The notes under the pieces were generated by a model that saw nothing but the letters and a program-made list of their open reading frames with translations, was not told the origin of the DNA and made no database searches. From positions 514,681-578,680 of the forward strand of contig CP070732.1 in assembly GCA_020347565.1 (NCBI GenBank): a DNA stretch of 64,000 bases, written 5' to 3'. Shown piece by piece: positions 47,700 to 57,683 of this stretch (the stretch's first letter is position 1; each line of letters opens with the position of its first letter). The stretch is from Methanobacteriota archaeon. GTDB taxonomy: Archaea > Thermoplasmatota > Thermoplasmata > UBA10834. A program made the translations under genes and the position numbers.

Positions 47700-47761
47700 G
47701 TCCTCATCCGCCGACCGGCCAACCAGCAGAGGCTTTATACTCCCGCAATGTTCCCTCCTGC

Positions 47762-48337
47762 ATGCGTATCCTCGTCGTTGACAACGGCGGCCAGTGGACC
47801 CATCGCGAGTGGCGCGTGCTCCGCGATCTCGGCATCGAGACGGCCATCGTTCCTAACACGAGCCCCCCTGAGTCGATCGACGCGCACGGCATAGTGCTTT
47901 CCGGAGGGTCTCCGCGCGTGGGACTGGACGGGGAGGCAATGGGGCTCTGCGGGGAGTACATGGACAAGCTGGGCATTCCCGTACTTGGCATATGTGCGGG
48001 CCATCAGCACATGGCCATCCACTTCGGTGGGGAGGCGGCTCCATCGGCGACGCCTGAGTTCGGGAAGACGTTGGTGAACCTTGTCGATGAGGACGTCCTC
48101 TTCAAGGGCTTTCCGAAGAAGTTCGTCGCGTGGGAGTCGCACCACGACGAGATAACCGTGTTGCCCAAGGAGTTCAGACTGCTGGCGAGTTCGGATACGT
48201 GCAAGGTCCAGGCCATGAGGCACAACACTAGGCCGCTCTTTGGGCTTCAGTTCCATCCAGAGGTCGAGCACACGGAAAACGGACACGAGATCTTCCAGGC
48301 GTTCCTCGACGTCTGCCGGAGCAACGAGGAGGGCTGA
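47762..48337 (+). CDS. guaAa: GMP synthase subunit A (class I glutamine amidotransferase)
   Basis: GICAGHQ catalytic Cys and the HPE His/Glu pair. The six-frame ORF from 47144 is an over-extension. Confidence 0.85.
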   Translation: MRILVVDNGGQWTHREWRVLRDLGIETAIVPNTSPPESIDAHGIVLSGGSPRVGLDGEAMGLCGEYMDKLGIPVLGICAGHQHMAIHFGGEAAPSATPEFGKTLVNLVDEDVLFKGFPKKFVAWESHHDEITVLPKEFRLLASSDTCKVQAMRHNTRPLFGLQFHPEVEHTENGHEIFQAFLDVCRSNEEG

Positions 48338-48340
48338 GCA

Positions 48341-48556
48341 ATGGACCCCGGGAACCTGGAGATACTGCGCGAGGCGGCCAGCATCCGCCAGAAGAAGGAG
48401 ACAGCCGAGAGGGCGGTCAGCCGAGCCGCTCGGCGTCTGGGCCGGAGCTACGGCGCATACATCTCCGCGATGTCGGACCTGAGGAATCTGGCGGCAAGGC
48501 ACAAGGTTGGAGTGGAGGAGGCCCTCGGCAGGCTGCTACAGCAAGAGGAGAAGTAG
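48341..48556 (+). CDS. Hypothetical small protein (71 aa)
   Basis: Begins 4 bp after guaAa; Arg/Ala-rich helical sequence with no recognised family. Confidence 0.3.
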   Translation: MDPGNLEILREAASIRQKKETAERAVSRAARRLGRSYGAYISAMSDLRNLAARHKVGVEEALGRLLQQEEK

Positions 48557-48955
48557 TATTACGACGACCACCGCGACAGCGGCGAGAGCCAGAGCCGCCA
48601 CAGCCATTCTCGCGTCGGAGCCGTATGCGATCGGTATGGGACCGATGAGTACGACGCCTCCGACACGCGGTCTCTCGCGGGTAGCACGGCGTCCATCCGC
48701 CGTCTCCGTCGAACCTCGGAACTGGCCCTCGGGTGCGCCGACTCCTCCGATCATAGCCGCAAAGCCTGCAAGAATGCTCGCCACGACGAGGCCGACACCC
48801 AGCAGGAACAGCCCGCTCGAGCCGGAGAACACTGGAAACACGAGGAACAGGGACGCTTCCGCCTCTCCGGTAGCGACGGCTGCCGCGACGGCGGTGGCCC
48901 CTGTAACGAACAGGGCGATTGGGATTACGATCCTAGGGTTCAAGACGAACCACAC
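48536..48955 (-). CDS. DUF131 / TIGR00304-family membrane protein
   Basis: GGVVLIGPIPIAYGSD motif between two hydrophobic segments matches my recollection of this archaeal family. Confidence 0.5.
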   Translation of the reverse strand: MWFVLNPRIVIPIALFVTGATAVAAAVATGEAEASLFLVFPVFSGSSGLFLLGVGLVVASILAGFAAMIGGVGAPEGQFRGSTETADGRRATRERPRVGGVVLIGPIPIAYGSDARMAVAALALAAVAVVVVILLLLLL

Positions 48956-49068
48956 CCTCTGCTTAGGGAGTCAGCCTCTGCACTGCTCCATCACACCTTG
49001 GCTATTATCTACTTTTCCATGTCGCCAGCCCACCGACAAGCCTTTTATCGCATTCGGCCAATCACGGT

Positions 49069-50031
49069 TTGCCGGCGGCAGCCATGGCAACTCTGAAGGA
49101 TCACCTGGTCGAGCTCCTCGAATCGAGGCGGTTCAGGGTGGAGGAGAAGCACGGATACCTGTACGGCACTCGGGACGACATCTCGGTGGTGATCATGGCG
49201 GCCAGCGATATGCTTTCCGACGACATCCAGGATTTCATCCGGAACGTCGGGGACTTCAATGGCAGGAAGGTTGTGGCGTCCCTTTCAGGGATGGACGAGA
49301 GCGTACAGAAGCATCTGCAGGAGAAGGGCATCCACTATTGGGGGCGGGAGGAGATGGAGCACGAGATTGGCAACCTCCACCTGGGCTCCCTCTCGGAAGA
49401 GGCCACTGGCAGCCTATTGGAGGAGGTCATATCCGACGAGTTCCCCCAGACTCCGACCGAGCCGCACGAGCAGGCCGTGCCCATAATCGTCGAGAGCACC
49501 GAGGAGCATGCCGAGCAGATAGTGAAGCCGACGATCACGCTCGAAGATGTAAGGTATCTGGCAAGGCATGAGATACAGGGCTATCGGTTCGACCTTGAAC
49601 TGATACCACATTTCCTCTTCCACTATTTGCTCAACATCGACGATAAGCGTCAGCGGGCGGGGATAGTCGCCGTGAACGCCCTGACGGAGCATATCGAGAC
49701 CTGGCGCTGGGGGTTCGAACTCGTCGACTCGATCGACACCCCCAGCTCCAAAAGGGAGCCGAAGGTCGACGAGGAGCGGGCCGTTGAGATGGCGAGGGAT
49801 GCTGTCGCCAAGGAGTACAGATCTTATGTCGAGACGGTGCGGGACTTCGGGCATTCGGAGATAATTGAGCGGTCGAAGCCACGCCCAGACGCCATGGTCA
49901 TAGAGCCCAAGGGGTTGGTCTATCTTCCAGTATGGGCCGTCGAAGGCAAGGGTGGCGCCATGCTGGTCAACTCCTCCAGCGGCAAGATAATCAGCGAACA
50001 CCTCCACGGGCCGGAGGCTAAACAAGGTTGA
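49069..50031 (+). CDS. Hypothetical protein with a possible N-terminal restriction-endonuclease-like (PD-(D/E)xK) domain
   Basis: 320-aa ORF with good coding appearance. The domain assignment is tentative. Confidence 0.45.
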   Translation: MPAAAMATLKDHLVELLESRRFRVEEKHGYLYGTRDDISVVIMAASDMLSDDIQDFIRNVGDFNGRKVVASLSGMDESVQKHLQEKGIHYWGREEMEHEIGNLHLGSLSEEATGSLLEEVISDEFPQTPTEPHEQAVPIIVESTEEHAEQIVKPTITLEDVRYLARHEIQGYRFDLELIPHFLFHYLLNIDDKRQRAGIVAVNALTEHIETWRWGFELVDSIDTPSSKREPKVDEERAVEMARDAVAKEYRSYVETVRDFGHSEIIERSKPRPDAMVIEPKGLVYLPVWAVEGKGGAMLVNSSSGKIISEHLHGPEAKQG

Positions 50032-50440
50032 GCCTTCTGAACCTGTCCATTATGCCGTGCCAGTGAGAGCCCTTCCAGTACACCTTTCCGCAAGAACTGC
50101 ACCTCCAGAAGGCTTCGTTGCTCTCGAGTGCCCCCTCCGGCACGACGCCTGCCGCCTCCTCCTTAGGCAGATCGGCGAGAGGACCGTTGCAGGCAGAGCA
50201 CCTTATCGCCTTCTCGTCAAAGGTCAGCTGGAACCTCTCGGCGACGCACTTGATCTGCGCCTCAAGGTCGTCGGATTCGACCATTAGAGAGCCAGGTTGC
50301 TTTGCGAGCTCCCGGTCTCTCGTTATTATGTGCCGGTTCTCGGAGGCGGCCATGCTGATGATTGTCTCATCCCTCATGTCCTTCTCGTAGGCCGTGTCGT
50401 ACCCGAGCATCCTAAGCCACCTCGCAAGCGAGCCCAGCAT
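50018..50440 (-). CDS. Mut7-C RNase-domain (DUF82) protein
   Basis: MLGSLARWLRMLGYDT opening and a C-terminal Zn ribbon (CSACNG...CSSCGKVYW). The six-frame ORF over-extends to 50770. Confidence 0.55.
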   Translation of the reverse strand: MLGSLARWLRMLGYDTAYEKDMRDETIISMAASENRHIITRDRELAKQPGSLMVESDDLEAQIKCVAERFQLTFDEKAIRCSACNGPLADLPKEEAAGVVPEGALESNEAFWRCSSCGKVYWKGSHWHGIMDRFRRLNLV

Positions 50441-50478
50441 GCCGTCGGCCACGAACCTGGGGCGGGCGTCGGCCTCCG

Positions 50479-51111
50479 TCACTTCGTCACCTCGTACTTG
50501 AGGAGTACGCCGTTGCCGATGACCTCTGCCTTCATTAGCCTGAGCTCGACAGCCTCCTCCACAGAGGCCGCTCCTTCGCCTCCGGCCGGCGTGGGGGAGG
50601 TATCTCCGCCTATTACGATGCTGCCGATGAACAGGTACAGCTCGTCGGCCAACCGGGATCTCAGAAACGACCAGATTACTTCCGCGCCCCCCTCTACGAG
50701 CACGGACCCGATCCCCTTCTCCTCGAGCATCGACACCAGTCTCGCAATGTCCACGCGCCCTATGCCGCATCGCAGCACCTCCGCATTGGGCAGCTCGACC
50801 GAGCAGTCCTCAGACGTGACTATGATCGTCCTGGCCTCGCCGTTCAGAACCATAGAATCCGGCGGCGTGCGTCCCTTCGAGTCGAGAACGATCCTGACGG
50901 GGTTCCTCGCGTCACGCACGTACTTCTCCTTGACGGTCAGCTTCGGATCGTCGGTCAGCACCGTCCCCACGCCGACGAGCACGGCGTCGACGGAACTCCT
51001 CAGCTCGTGCACGCGCTTCTTGTCGGCCTCGTTCGATATCTCGGTTTGCTTTCTGCTCTTCAAGGCGATCTTTCCGTCTGCGGACATGGCACAGTTGATG
51101 ATGACCTTCAC
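50479..51111 (-). CDS. 2,5-diamino-6-ribosylamino-pyrimidinone 5'-phosphate reductase (RibD C-terminal / RibG-type, archaeal riboflavin pathway)
   Basis: V(M)KVIINCAMSADGKIA opening and GGAEV...LADEL dihydrofolate-reductase-like fold motifs. GTG start at 51111; an ATG at 51087 is an alternative. Confidence 0.7.
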   Translation of the reverse strand: MKVIINCAMSADGKIALKSRKQTEISNEADKKRVHELRSSVDAVLVGVGTVLTDDPKLTVKEKYVRDARNPVRIVLDSKGRTPPDSMVLNGEARTIIVTSEDCSVELPNAEVLRCGIGRVDIARLVSMLEEKGIGSVLVEGGAEVIWSFLRSRLADELYLFIGSIVIGGDTSPTPAGGEGAASVEEAVELRLMKAEVIGNGVLLKYEVTK

Positions 51112-51233
51112 ACGTATCGCCAAAGGATTCACATCGCCTCCTAAGAACCTTTCTGGTCCCGGAGCCTGAGTCGGTGTAGCTGTGAGCCACTGACTGTTGC
51201 CATCGCGGCGAGCGCCCATCTCCCAAGGCTTAT

Positions 51234-52031
51234 ATGGCGACTATTTCATTCAGGCAGATGATGGATTCCCCCGGCATAGACGTCTACGAGATAAGGCGTA
51301 TGGACCTGAAGGGCGCCACCATAATCGACGGTTTCCCGAGCGTGGGACTCGTCAGCTCGATCTCTGCGAACTACCTCATCAAGGTCTTGAACATGGAGCA
51401 GATCGGCATCATGGACTCGGAGTACTTCCCGACAGTGTCACTCATACGCGACTCGAAACCGCTCAGCCCAGTGAGGATCTATGCCGGCGAGAAGGAGCGG
51501 CGCGGCGACCAGATCGTTGCCTTCATATCGGAGTTCCAGCCGCCTGCCGCGCTCATCAGGCCCATATCTCACGCGCTCGTGGGATGGGCTATCGAGCAGC
51601 GTTGCAAGATGATAGTCTCACCCGAGGGCCTTGTAGTAGATCCCGAACTCAGGGACACCACGGACATCAGCGACGTCGTGTTCGGCATAGCCAGCACGCC
51701 CCAGGCGAGGGAGCTTCTGAAGGAGAACAACATACGCACGTTCGAGGAGGGTGTCATCTCGGGCGTCGCGGGCGTGCTGCTCAACGAGGGCAGGAAACGC
51801 GACTTCAAGGTCGTCACGCTCCTGGCCGAAGCGCACCCTGACTTCCCCGATGCCAGGGCTGCCGCGCTCGTGCTGGAGGCCATCGACAAGATCCTGCTGG
51901 GGATCGAGTTCGACGCCAAACCTCTGTTCGAGGAGGCCCAGCGGATAGAGGAGCACATTAAGGAGATACAGAAGCAGGCAGTCGTCAGCAAGGACAGCCG
52001 CGAGGTGCCCCGCCCAGCGATGTACGGCTAG
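51234..52031 (+). CDS. Proteasome assembly chaperone, PAC2 family
   Basis: IDGFPSVGLVSSISANYLI motif typical of PAC2/PbaA-like proteins; 265 aa. Confidence 0.65.
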   Translation: MATISFRQMMDSPGIDVYEIRRMDLKGATIIDGFPSVGLVSSISANYLIKVLNMEQIGIMDSEYFPTVSLIRDSKPLSPVRIYAGEKERRGDQIVAFISEFQPPAALIRPISHALVGWAIEQRCKMIVSPEGLVVDPELRDTTDISDVVFGIASTPQARELLKENNIRTFEEGVISGVAGVLLNEGRKRDFKVVTLLAEAHPDFPDARAAALVLEAIDKILLGIEFDAKPLFEEAQRIEEHIKEIQKQAVVSKDSREVPRPAMYG

Positions 52032-53044
52032 TCGACGGCGACCTCGACGAGCCCTTCTTTCTCTGTTGTCGAGAATTCGCGCCCGAGAAGCGTCTCTATG
52101 ACCCACATGTTCGTCTTCGCGTGCGGTGTCAGCTCCTCAGCGAGCACGACGGAGCTGCCCTTCGCGAGCGCCATGTAGGGCAGTATCTGGTCGAGCATGT
52201 GCGAGTCGACAGTCGCGCCTGAGTCGACAGTCTCCATCAGATCCGAAGCGCAGCCTTCACCCAACTCCTCGCTTCTAAGTCCCTTCCGCCCAAGCGATGA
52301 CTCGCCGAGCAACGCGTTCTCGCACTCGGCGTACAACACGATGCCTGCCCCTGTGCTCCCGCCGGTCCGGACGTCCGAATCCACCTTGACGCGCTCGAAC
52401 GAGAGCAGGCGCTTGAACGCCGCATGCTTCATGCGACTGACGACATGATCCGGAAGGTTCTGGGAATACGCCACGCCGCCGATGCGGCGCACGCCGCCCT
52501 TGGAATCGAGTTTCACAGGACGGAGGGCCCCACATGGCGCGATGTCCATGCGCACCTCTCCTCCACCTTCGGGATAGAAGCCCCTCGACACCAGGTCGAG
52601 GGACGCCTTGATGTCGAATCTCTCTGCGATTGCCAAGTGGACGGATGTGAGATAGTCGATGGGAGGTGACCAGTTCACGTCCGTCCCACCGGTTACGCAG
52701 AGCTCTGTTCGCCTTTTGGACGCCGACGCTACGAGGATGCAGCTCTGCAGGACAAGCGATATGCTGCCGGCCGTGCCTATGTCGAATCTGAAACTGCCGC
52801 CCAGCACACTCTCTGGTCGGAATGCGATCTCGCGAGCCCCTGGTGCCAGCCCCTCAACGGACGCGTCGGAGAGCGCAGCGACGGCCTCTATACTGGTCAG
52901 ATGCTGCGGCGATAGTCCGGGGCGGGGGCGTCCTGCCCTGATGTTCACGACCTTTACATCCTCACCTGTGACGGCGGACAGGGCGACCGTCGTTCGAAGT
53001 ATCTGTCCTCCGCCTTCTCCATGGGAGCCATCGACCTCGATCAC
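52028..53044 (-). CDS. rtcA: RNA 3'-terminal phosphate cyclase
   Basis: MIEVDGSHGEGGGQILRTTVALSA opening; 338 aa. Confidence 0.85.
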   Translation of the reverse strand: MIEVDGSHGEGGGQILRTTVALSAVTGEDVKVVNIRAGRPRPGLSPQHLTSIEAVAALSDASVEGLAPGAREIAFRPESVLGGSFRFDIGTAGSISLVLQSCILVASASKRRTELCVTGGTDVNWSPPIDYLTSVHLAIAERFDIKASLDLVSRGFYPEGGGEVRMDIAPCGALRPVKLDSKGGVRRIGGVAYSQNLPDHVVSRMKHAAFKRLLSFERVKVDSDVRTGGSTGAGIVLYAECENALLGESSLGRKGLRSEELGEGCASDLMETVDSGATVDSHMLDQILPYMALAKGSSVVLAEELTPHAKTNMWVIETLLGREFSTTEKEGLVEVAVD

Positions 53045-54315
53045 TTTTCACACCTTGTGGGTCTGCCAAACCTCTTCCGTAGGATGTCCGATATGAAGAA
53101 GACTATCATCATCACGACGGCGAGCGCTACGAGAGCCGCGGCGAAGTACAGGAGCCAGACGGGAGCGCGATCGTCACCGCTGATGACGATTATCGCCAGG
53201 CCTATGCTCTCTGCGATGAACGCTCCGAACCCGAGGGCGAAGGAATATAGTCCCATGGTCGCGCCGTAGCAGTCCTCGCTTGACGAGTCCGCCATGAGTG
53301 CCAGTGCGGCGGGTACGAACGCCCCAGCACCGAGGCCGAGGATTCCAAGCGGCACAAGGCCGATTAGCTTGAACTCGATATCGCCGTCGACCCTTGTATA
53401 GATGGAATCCGAGAAGAAGAGGACCATTGCGACGATACCCATTATGCTGAACACGCCGTATGCCATGACCGGGATTCTGCCGACTATGTCGGAGACCTTC
53501 CCCCAGAACGGCTGGAGGAGGCCGAGGGCGACCCCCGCGGCGCCGAACAGGATGCCGATGGTGCTGCCGCTTACGTTTTCGCTCAGCATGATCCGGGGAA
53601 GATACGTGATGGCCAGGCCGAGTAGCGTCGCGATTATCAGCCAGATCGGGAACATGAGCCTGACCTCCCTGATCTTGAACACCTTCTTGAGGCTCTTTAG
53701 GCCGACCATGCTTTCGGATTTGGCGCACACCTTCTCCTTCTTAACGAATGTCTGTAGCAGTATGGCAGACACAGCGAGGAGGCCAGCCATTATCAGAAAC
53801 CCGCTCTTCGCGCCGACCAGGTCGATCAGGAAGCCGCCCACGACAGCTCCTATTATGTAGCCTATGAAGGTGGCGTAGTCGAACCATCCCATCTGCCTCC
53901 CGCGGTCGCACGAGTGCGCATGATCGGCAATCATCGCTATTGCAGGCGCGACGGTGGCCGCCGCACCGATGCCGTGTATTCCGTGCATCGCTGCGAGATA
54001 CCAGACATTGTTCGATATCGTGTACAGGACTACTATGGATGCCGCCAGGGTGGTTCCGAGGACGATTATGGGCTTCCTTCCTGTCCTGTCGCTCAGCATC
54101 CCGAAGTAGTTGGCGGTTAGCATCTCCGCCAACGGGTATGGCACCGCGATTATCGCGACGTTGAGCAGCCCCTCGTAGTCCGTTTCGGAAGGCACGTACT
54201 TCGCTATGATCAGAAGCAGTGCGCCGAAAGCCACCCTGAGGAAGAAGGTGGATATGTAGAGCACCCTGAGATACATCGGCGTCCTGATGCCTCTGCCTCT
54301 CAGGAATCGGAACAT
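53041..54315 (-). CDS. MFS transporter
   Basis: 12-TM profile with the MFS loop motif GMLSDRTGRKP. Confidence 0.8.
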   Translation of the reverse strand: MFRFLRGRGIRTPMYLRVLYISTFFLRVAFGALLLIIAKYVPSETDYEGLLNVAIIAVPYPLAEMLTANYFGMLSDRTGRKPIIVLGTTLAASIVVLYTISNNVWYLAAMHGIHGIGAAATVAPAIAMIADHAHSCDRGRQMGWFDYATFIGYIIGAVVGGFLIDLVGAKSGFLIMAGLLAVSAILLQTFVKKEKVCAKSESMVGLKSLKKVFKIREVRLMFPIWLIIATLLGLAITYLPRIMLSENVSGSTIGILFGAAGVALGLLQPFWGKVSDIVGRIPVMAYGVFSIMGIVAMVLFFSDSIYTRVDGDIEFKLIGLVPLGILGLGAGAFVPAALALMADSSSEDCYGATMGLYSFALGFGAFIAESIGLAIIVISGDDRAPVWLLYFAAALVALAVVMMIVFFISDILRKRFGRPTRCEK

Positions 54316-54463
54316 GATAGCCTGGCAGATTGTCGAGTTACTTAATTCTTGTGCAGTCGTCCTGTGCAGTCGCGTAGTTTGCGACCTGCACGCGGGCGCG
54401 GCCGCCGGCCTTCCTCAGATGGCTTTAAATATCCACCTCTCATAAGCGTGACGGGACGCTACG

Positions 54464-55510
54464 ATGGCCCTGGAAGCGACCTCAATTCTCGCTCTTGTAG
54501 GTGCTCTCCTGGTCATCCTCCTGAGCTGCGAGGTGTTCACCAACGGCATCGAATGGCTCGGGTGCCGCCTCGGAATGTCGGAGACAGCGACCGGAAGCCT
54601 GTTGGCTGCCGTCGGGACGGCCATGCCGGAGACGGTGATTCCCATCATCGCGATATTCTTCGGCAGCGAGGCCGAGGGAGAGGAGATCGGCGAGGGCGCG
54701 ATTCTTGGCGCCCCCTTCATGCTCGGGACACTGGCGATGTTCGTCGGCGGCATCGCGGTGTTGCTGGCCTATAAGGCCGGCAGGCGAGGCCCCAACCTCG
54801 AGCTCCACAAGGGACACGTGGAGCGCGACCTTCGCTTCTTCATGCTCGCCTACTCGCTGGCGCTTCTGACGGGCCTCCTCGGCATGCAGGAGGAGGTCGA
54901 CCTCAAAGGAGTGAACTACTTCGTGGCCGTGCTCTTGATTCTGATCTATGTCGTCTACGTGCGAAGGACCTTGAGAGATGAGCATCACATCGAGGAGAGC
55001 AGCTGTCCAGTTCTCTACATGACTCGGGCAACTGGAATTCCGAATGTGGGGAGACGCGGCTTAGTCATGATATCCTTTCAGGTCGTCGCTGCGCTCATAG
55101 GAATCATAGTCGGGGCGAAGTTCTTCGTGGACCAGGTAGAGCACCTCTCGACGGCCCTGAACGTTCCGGCGATGATCTTGGCCTTCCTGGTCGCGCCGAT
55201 CGCGACAGAGCTGCCCGAGAAGTTCAACAGCTTCATATGGTATTGGCGTTCCAAAGACGTGCTTGCGCTCGGCAATATAACGGGCGCGATGGTGTTCCAG
55301 AGCAGTATCCCAGTCACGATAGGTCTGTTGTTCACGAGCTGGGTCCTCGCACCCATCAACATCGCGAGTATCCTGATAGCATTGGTCGCCGCGGCGTGGA
55401 TCTACCACTGTGTGAGGAGGTCGAAAGGCGTGTGCTACAGAACCCTGATCGCCTCGGGCTCCATGTACGTGCTGTACATCATCCTGCTGTTCGTCGGGCT
55501 TCACCCTTGA
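54464..55510 (+). CDS. Ca2+/cation antiporter (CaCA family, YrbG-like)
   Basis: Two alpha-repeat regions (GSLLAAVGTAMPE; GNITGAMVFQSSIPVTIG). Confidence 0.8.
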   Translation: MALEATSILALVGALLVILLSCEVFTNGIEWLGCRLGMSETATGSLLAAVGTAMPETVIPIIAIFFGSEAEGEEIGEGAILGAPFMLGTLAMFVGGIAVLLAYKAGRRGPNLELHKGHVERDLRFFMLAYSLALLTGLLGMQEEVDLKGVNYFVAVLLILIYVVYVRRTLRDEHHIEESSCPVLYMTRATGIPNVGRRGLVMISFQVVAALIGIIVGAKFFVDQVEHLSTALNVPAMILAFLVAPIATELPEKFNSFIWYWRSKDVLALGNITGAMVFQSSIPVTIGLLFTSWVLAPINIASILIALVAAAWIYHCVRRSKGVCYRTLIASGSMYVLYIILLFVGLHP

Positions 55511-55511
55511 G

Positions 55512-55532
55512 CAGAGCAGCTGCGCTGCTCTG
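55512..55532 (+). terminator. GC-rich hairpin (9-bp stem, 3-nt loop) directly after the antiporter stop
   Basis: cagagcagc-tgc-gctgctctg; there is no T-tract, so its function is uncertain. Confidence 0.2.
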
Positions 55533-55561
55533 AACCAGATGCCGGCCGTTCCCGCATCCTG

Positions 55562-55574
55562 AAAAGGTATAAGT
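55562..55574 (+). promoter_or_regulatory. BRE/TATA-like motif aaaaggtataagt
   Basis: Identical 13-mer to the one at 26999-27011. Confidence 0.35.
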
Positions 55575-55670
55575 ACGGACGATGGCCATTAGCGCCGCGG
55601 ATGGGATGACGCCAGTTCTTAGGTCCTGCAGGTGACATCCTCTTCCGCGAACCTGGATGGGATCAAAGAG

Positions 55671-57464
55671 ATGGTCACGGAAGCCGAACTACTGTTCCAG
55701 CTCGGAGCGATACTCCTGCTCGCCTTCATCGCCGCGAGCCTCGCGGGCAGGGCTAACCAGTCCGTCATGGTCGGCTACATCGTGATAGGCATACTCATCG
55801 GGCCCAAGATGAGCTTCGAGCTCCTCGGTGTGGAGTACAACGGTCTCATAACCGATACCAGCCTCGTGGAGATTCTGTCGTTCGTGGGCCTCATCATGCT
55901 CATGTTCTTCGTCGGGCTCGAGTTCTCATTCTCGAAGCTCAAGAAGACCAAGACACCGGCAATCATACTGGCAATCATAGACACCAGCATAGGCCTGTTC
56001 GTGGGGTTCGTCTTCGCTTCCTATCTCGGATGGCCGCTGATTGACTCGATATTTCTCGCGGGCGTGATCGCGATGAGTAGCACGAGCATCGCGATGAAGA
56101 TACTTTTCGACCTCAAGCGAATGTCGAGCCCCGAGGTGGAGTTCCTCATAGGCCTCGTCGTCGTGGAGACGTTCATCGCGATGCTGATCCTGGCCGTCGC
56201 CAGCGGCATGATAATCGAGCCAGAAACCAATGCGGTAGCCTATGGCCAGCTACTGCTCGGCATGGCTGCCTTCTACGGATTCTTCGTGTGGGTCGCGATG
56301 TGGGCTGTGCCGAGAGTGGTCGCGTTCTTCAACAGGATAGACAACGACGAGCTCTTCATCCTATTCGCTCTTGGAATCGTCTTCCTGACGTGTGGCGTAG
56401 CAGCGGTGATGAACGTCCCGCCGATTATAGGCGCTTTCTTCATAGGTATGATACTCGCCGAGAGCAAAGTCTCTGCTCGGATACAGTCGAAGCTCGAGTC
56501 CTTCAAGGACGCCTTCGTCGCAATCTTCTTCACGTCGTTTGGGATGATGATAGACCCAGCGATGTTCGACACTGTGATATGGATGGTCCTACTGATAGTG
56601 CCGATAATCGTCTTCTACGAATCGATCGTCATCTCCGCCGTGTCGTACTTCATCGGCTTCTCGGCACGCGCTGCCTCCACGATAGGAACGAGCATGTGCG
56701 GCAGGGGAGTGGAATCGATCCTCTACGCGAGCGTGGGCAGCGAGGTCAGGGGCGCGACCATGGGCGCACAGCTGAATCCGTTCGCTGGGGCGCTGTGCTT
56801 CAGCATGAGTGCGATTGCGCCGTTCATGGTCAAGCACTCGGTGAAGTTCGCGAATACCATGGCGAGGATAGTGCCCAGGCCGCTCCGGTTCTCCGGCGCC
56901 ATCATCTCACGCACGCTGGGCAAGGTCGTCATGCCGTCACCGTTGAGGATATTCAAGGGCACGAAGCTCACGGGCGCTCTGCTCATGTCCTTCGTTATCA
57001 TGTCCGTGGCCGCTCTGATGGCTGACGGCATTCTTCATGTCATCTTCCTCGTGGCAGACTGCGCCCTCGCCGGAGCGATATACTACATCATCAGGTACGA
57101 GGTGTGGGAGATCGTGCGTCATGTCAACTACAGCAACATAGGCGTGAATGCGAACGATCGAACGCCGATAGTCGACCTGATAAGCAGCGTCGTCTTCGGG
57201 GCAGTGGCCTCCGCAGTCGTTATCGTGGCGGCATGGTCCTTCTTCTGGGAGGTTGGTGTCCTGGTCGCTGTCGGTTACGGCGTTTCCATCCTGGCCTTCA
57301 TGTACAAGGCGTACAAGGTACTGCACGTCGAGGGCCTCGGAGTGCCGAGCAGGGTGTACTCCTTCTCCCGACAGGCGGAGGCGCAGGAGGAGGACGAGGT
57401 GGTAGAGGTCCCGACGCCGGTGTACGGGGTCGTCAAGACGATGCCCAGGGACACGCGGCTCTGA
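55671..57464 (+). CDS. Monovalent cation:proton antiporter (CPA2 / Kef-type)
   Basis: About 13 TM helices with a Na+/H+ exchanger-family core. An alternative GTG start at 55632 is possible. Confidence 0.8.
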   Translation: MVTEAELLFQLGAILLLAFIAASLAGRANQSVMVGYIVIGILIGPKMSFELLGVEYNGLITDTSLVEILSFVGLIMLMFFVGLEFSFSKLKKTKTPAIILAIIDTSIGLFVGFVFASYLGWPLIDSIFLAGVIAMSSTSIAMKILFDLKRMSSPEVEFLIGLVVVETFIAMLILAVASGMIIEPETNAVAYGQLLLGMAAFYGFFVWVAMWAVPRVVAFFNRIDNDELFILFALGIVFLTCGVAAVMNVPPIIGAFFIGMILAESKVSARIQSKLESFKDAFVAIFFTSFGMMIDPAMFDTVIWMVLLIVPIIVFYESIVISAVSYFIGFSARAASTIGTSMCGRGVESILYASVGSEVRGATMGAQLNPFAGALCFSMSAIAPFMVKHSVKFANTMARIVPRPLRFSGAIISRTLGKVVMPSPLRIFKGTKLTGALLMSFVIMSVAALMADGILHVIFLVADCALAGAIYYIIRYEVWEIVRHVNYSNIGVNANDRTPIVDLISSVVFGAVASAVVIVAAWSFFWEVGVLVAVGYGVSILAFMYKAYKVLHVEGLGVPSRVYSFSRQAEAQEEDEVVEVPTPVYGVVKTMPRDTRL

Positions 57465-57683
57465 AGCCTCATCTCTTCGGCCCGAACCCGTTTGCCGAGA
57501 CCGTCGCGGTCATCACGCTCTGGGCGTGGGGTTTTGTCTTCCCGGGAGCCCTCTTTCAGGTGTTCGGACGGGTATCGACAAGGACAACGCTCTAGGACGC
57601 CCATGCAAGGCTTTTAAGGGACAGTGTCGTTTCGACAGCCAAGATGGATGCCGCCGTGCCATGGCACAGCGGAGGCAGAGAAG

